Positions 63,500 through 64,000 of a stretch of 64,000 nucleotides of DNA are shown piece by piece (the stretch's first letter is position 1; each line of letters begins with the position of its first letter). A model generated the notes under the pieces. It was given only the letters and a program-made list of their open reading frames with translations, was not told the origin of the DNA and did no database searches. This stretch comes from Antedon mediterranea (taxonomy: Eukaryota > Animalia > Echinodermata): NCBI RefSeq assembly GCF_964355755.1, contig NC_092673.1, forward strand, positions 27,525,648-27,589,647, read 5' to 3'. The position numbers were made by a program, and so were the translations under genes.

Positions 63500-64000
63500 C
63501 TACAATATGTACCCCGTGACAGATTGCACCCCATATACCCCTAATATAACAGTTAATAGGCCTACTATCGTAGGATACAATATTTTACGGACTGTCTAGA
63601 ATATTAGGTACACCCGTGACGCACCCCCTATAATATAACAGTTAATAACTATCTATTAAAGGGGTGCAATATATTATGGGCTGTCTAGAATATTAGGTAC
63701 CCCCGTGACAGATTGCACCCCTATATTATAACAGTTAATAACTATATAGTATAGGGGGTGCAATATATTACGGACTGTCTAGAATATTAGGTACCCCCGT
63801 GACAGATTGCACCCCCTATATTATAACAGTTAATAACTATATATTATAGAGGGTGCAATATATTACGGACTGTCTAGAATATTAGGTACCCCCGTGACAG
63901 ATTGCACCCCCTATTATAATAGTTAATAACTATATATTATAGGGGGTGCAATATATTATGGGCTGTCTAGAATATTAGGTACCCCGTGACAGATAGCACC
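63500..64000. repeat. ~94-bp tandem repeat with internal hairpin, running off the window
   Basis: TCTAGAATATTAGGTACCCC recurs at ~63595, 63684, 63778, 63873 and 63966; each unit contains TGCACCCCCTAT...ATAGGGGGTGCA. Confidence 0.9.

Overview
AT-rich, intron-containing animal genomic DNA. It is probably a marine deuterostome and most likely an echinoderm, inferred from the PKS type and the repeat landscape; this cannot be proven from the window. From left to right: (1) the 3' ~20 exons of a laminin chain on + (49..15584). It combines an L4/laminin-B domain with a beta-type LE/coiled-coil end. One splice donor is amplified 17x by a 48-bp tandem repeat, and one intron carries an apparently intact Rex1/Babar-type LINE. 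(2) A compact, co-oriented minus-strand block (19527..43054) that looks like a candidate animal polyketide biosynthetic gene cluster: an uncharacterised multi-pass membrane protein, two tandem SxxK serine-hydrolase (beta-lactamase-fold, EstB/LovD-like) paralogs, and a 2418-aa iterative type I PKS (KS-AT-DH-cMT-ER-KR-ACP) with no release domain. (3) About 21 kb of upstream DNA rich in transposons. It holds a duplicated putative non-coding first exon of the PKS, an orphan flavin-monooxygenase exon, Penelope-type minimal hammerhead ribozymes, a 2A-like motif in a LINE relic, tRNA pseudogenes and several MITEs with identifiable TSDs. Exon boundaries were read by eye from GT/AG signals and frame continuity; no database searches were run.
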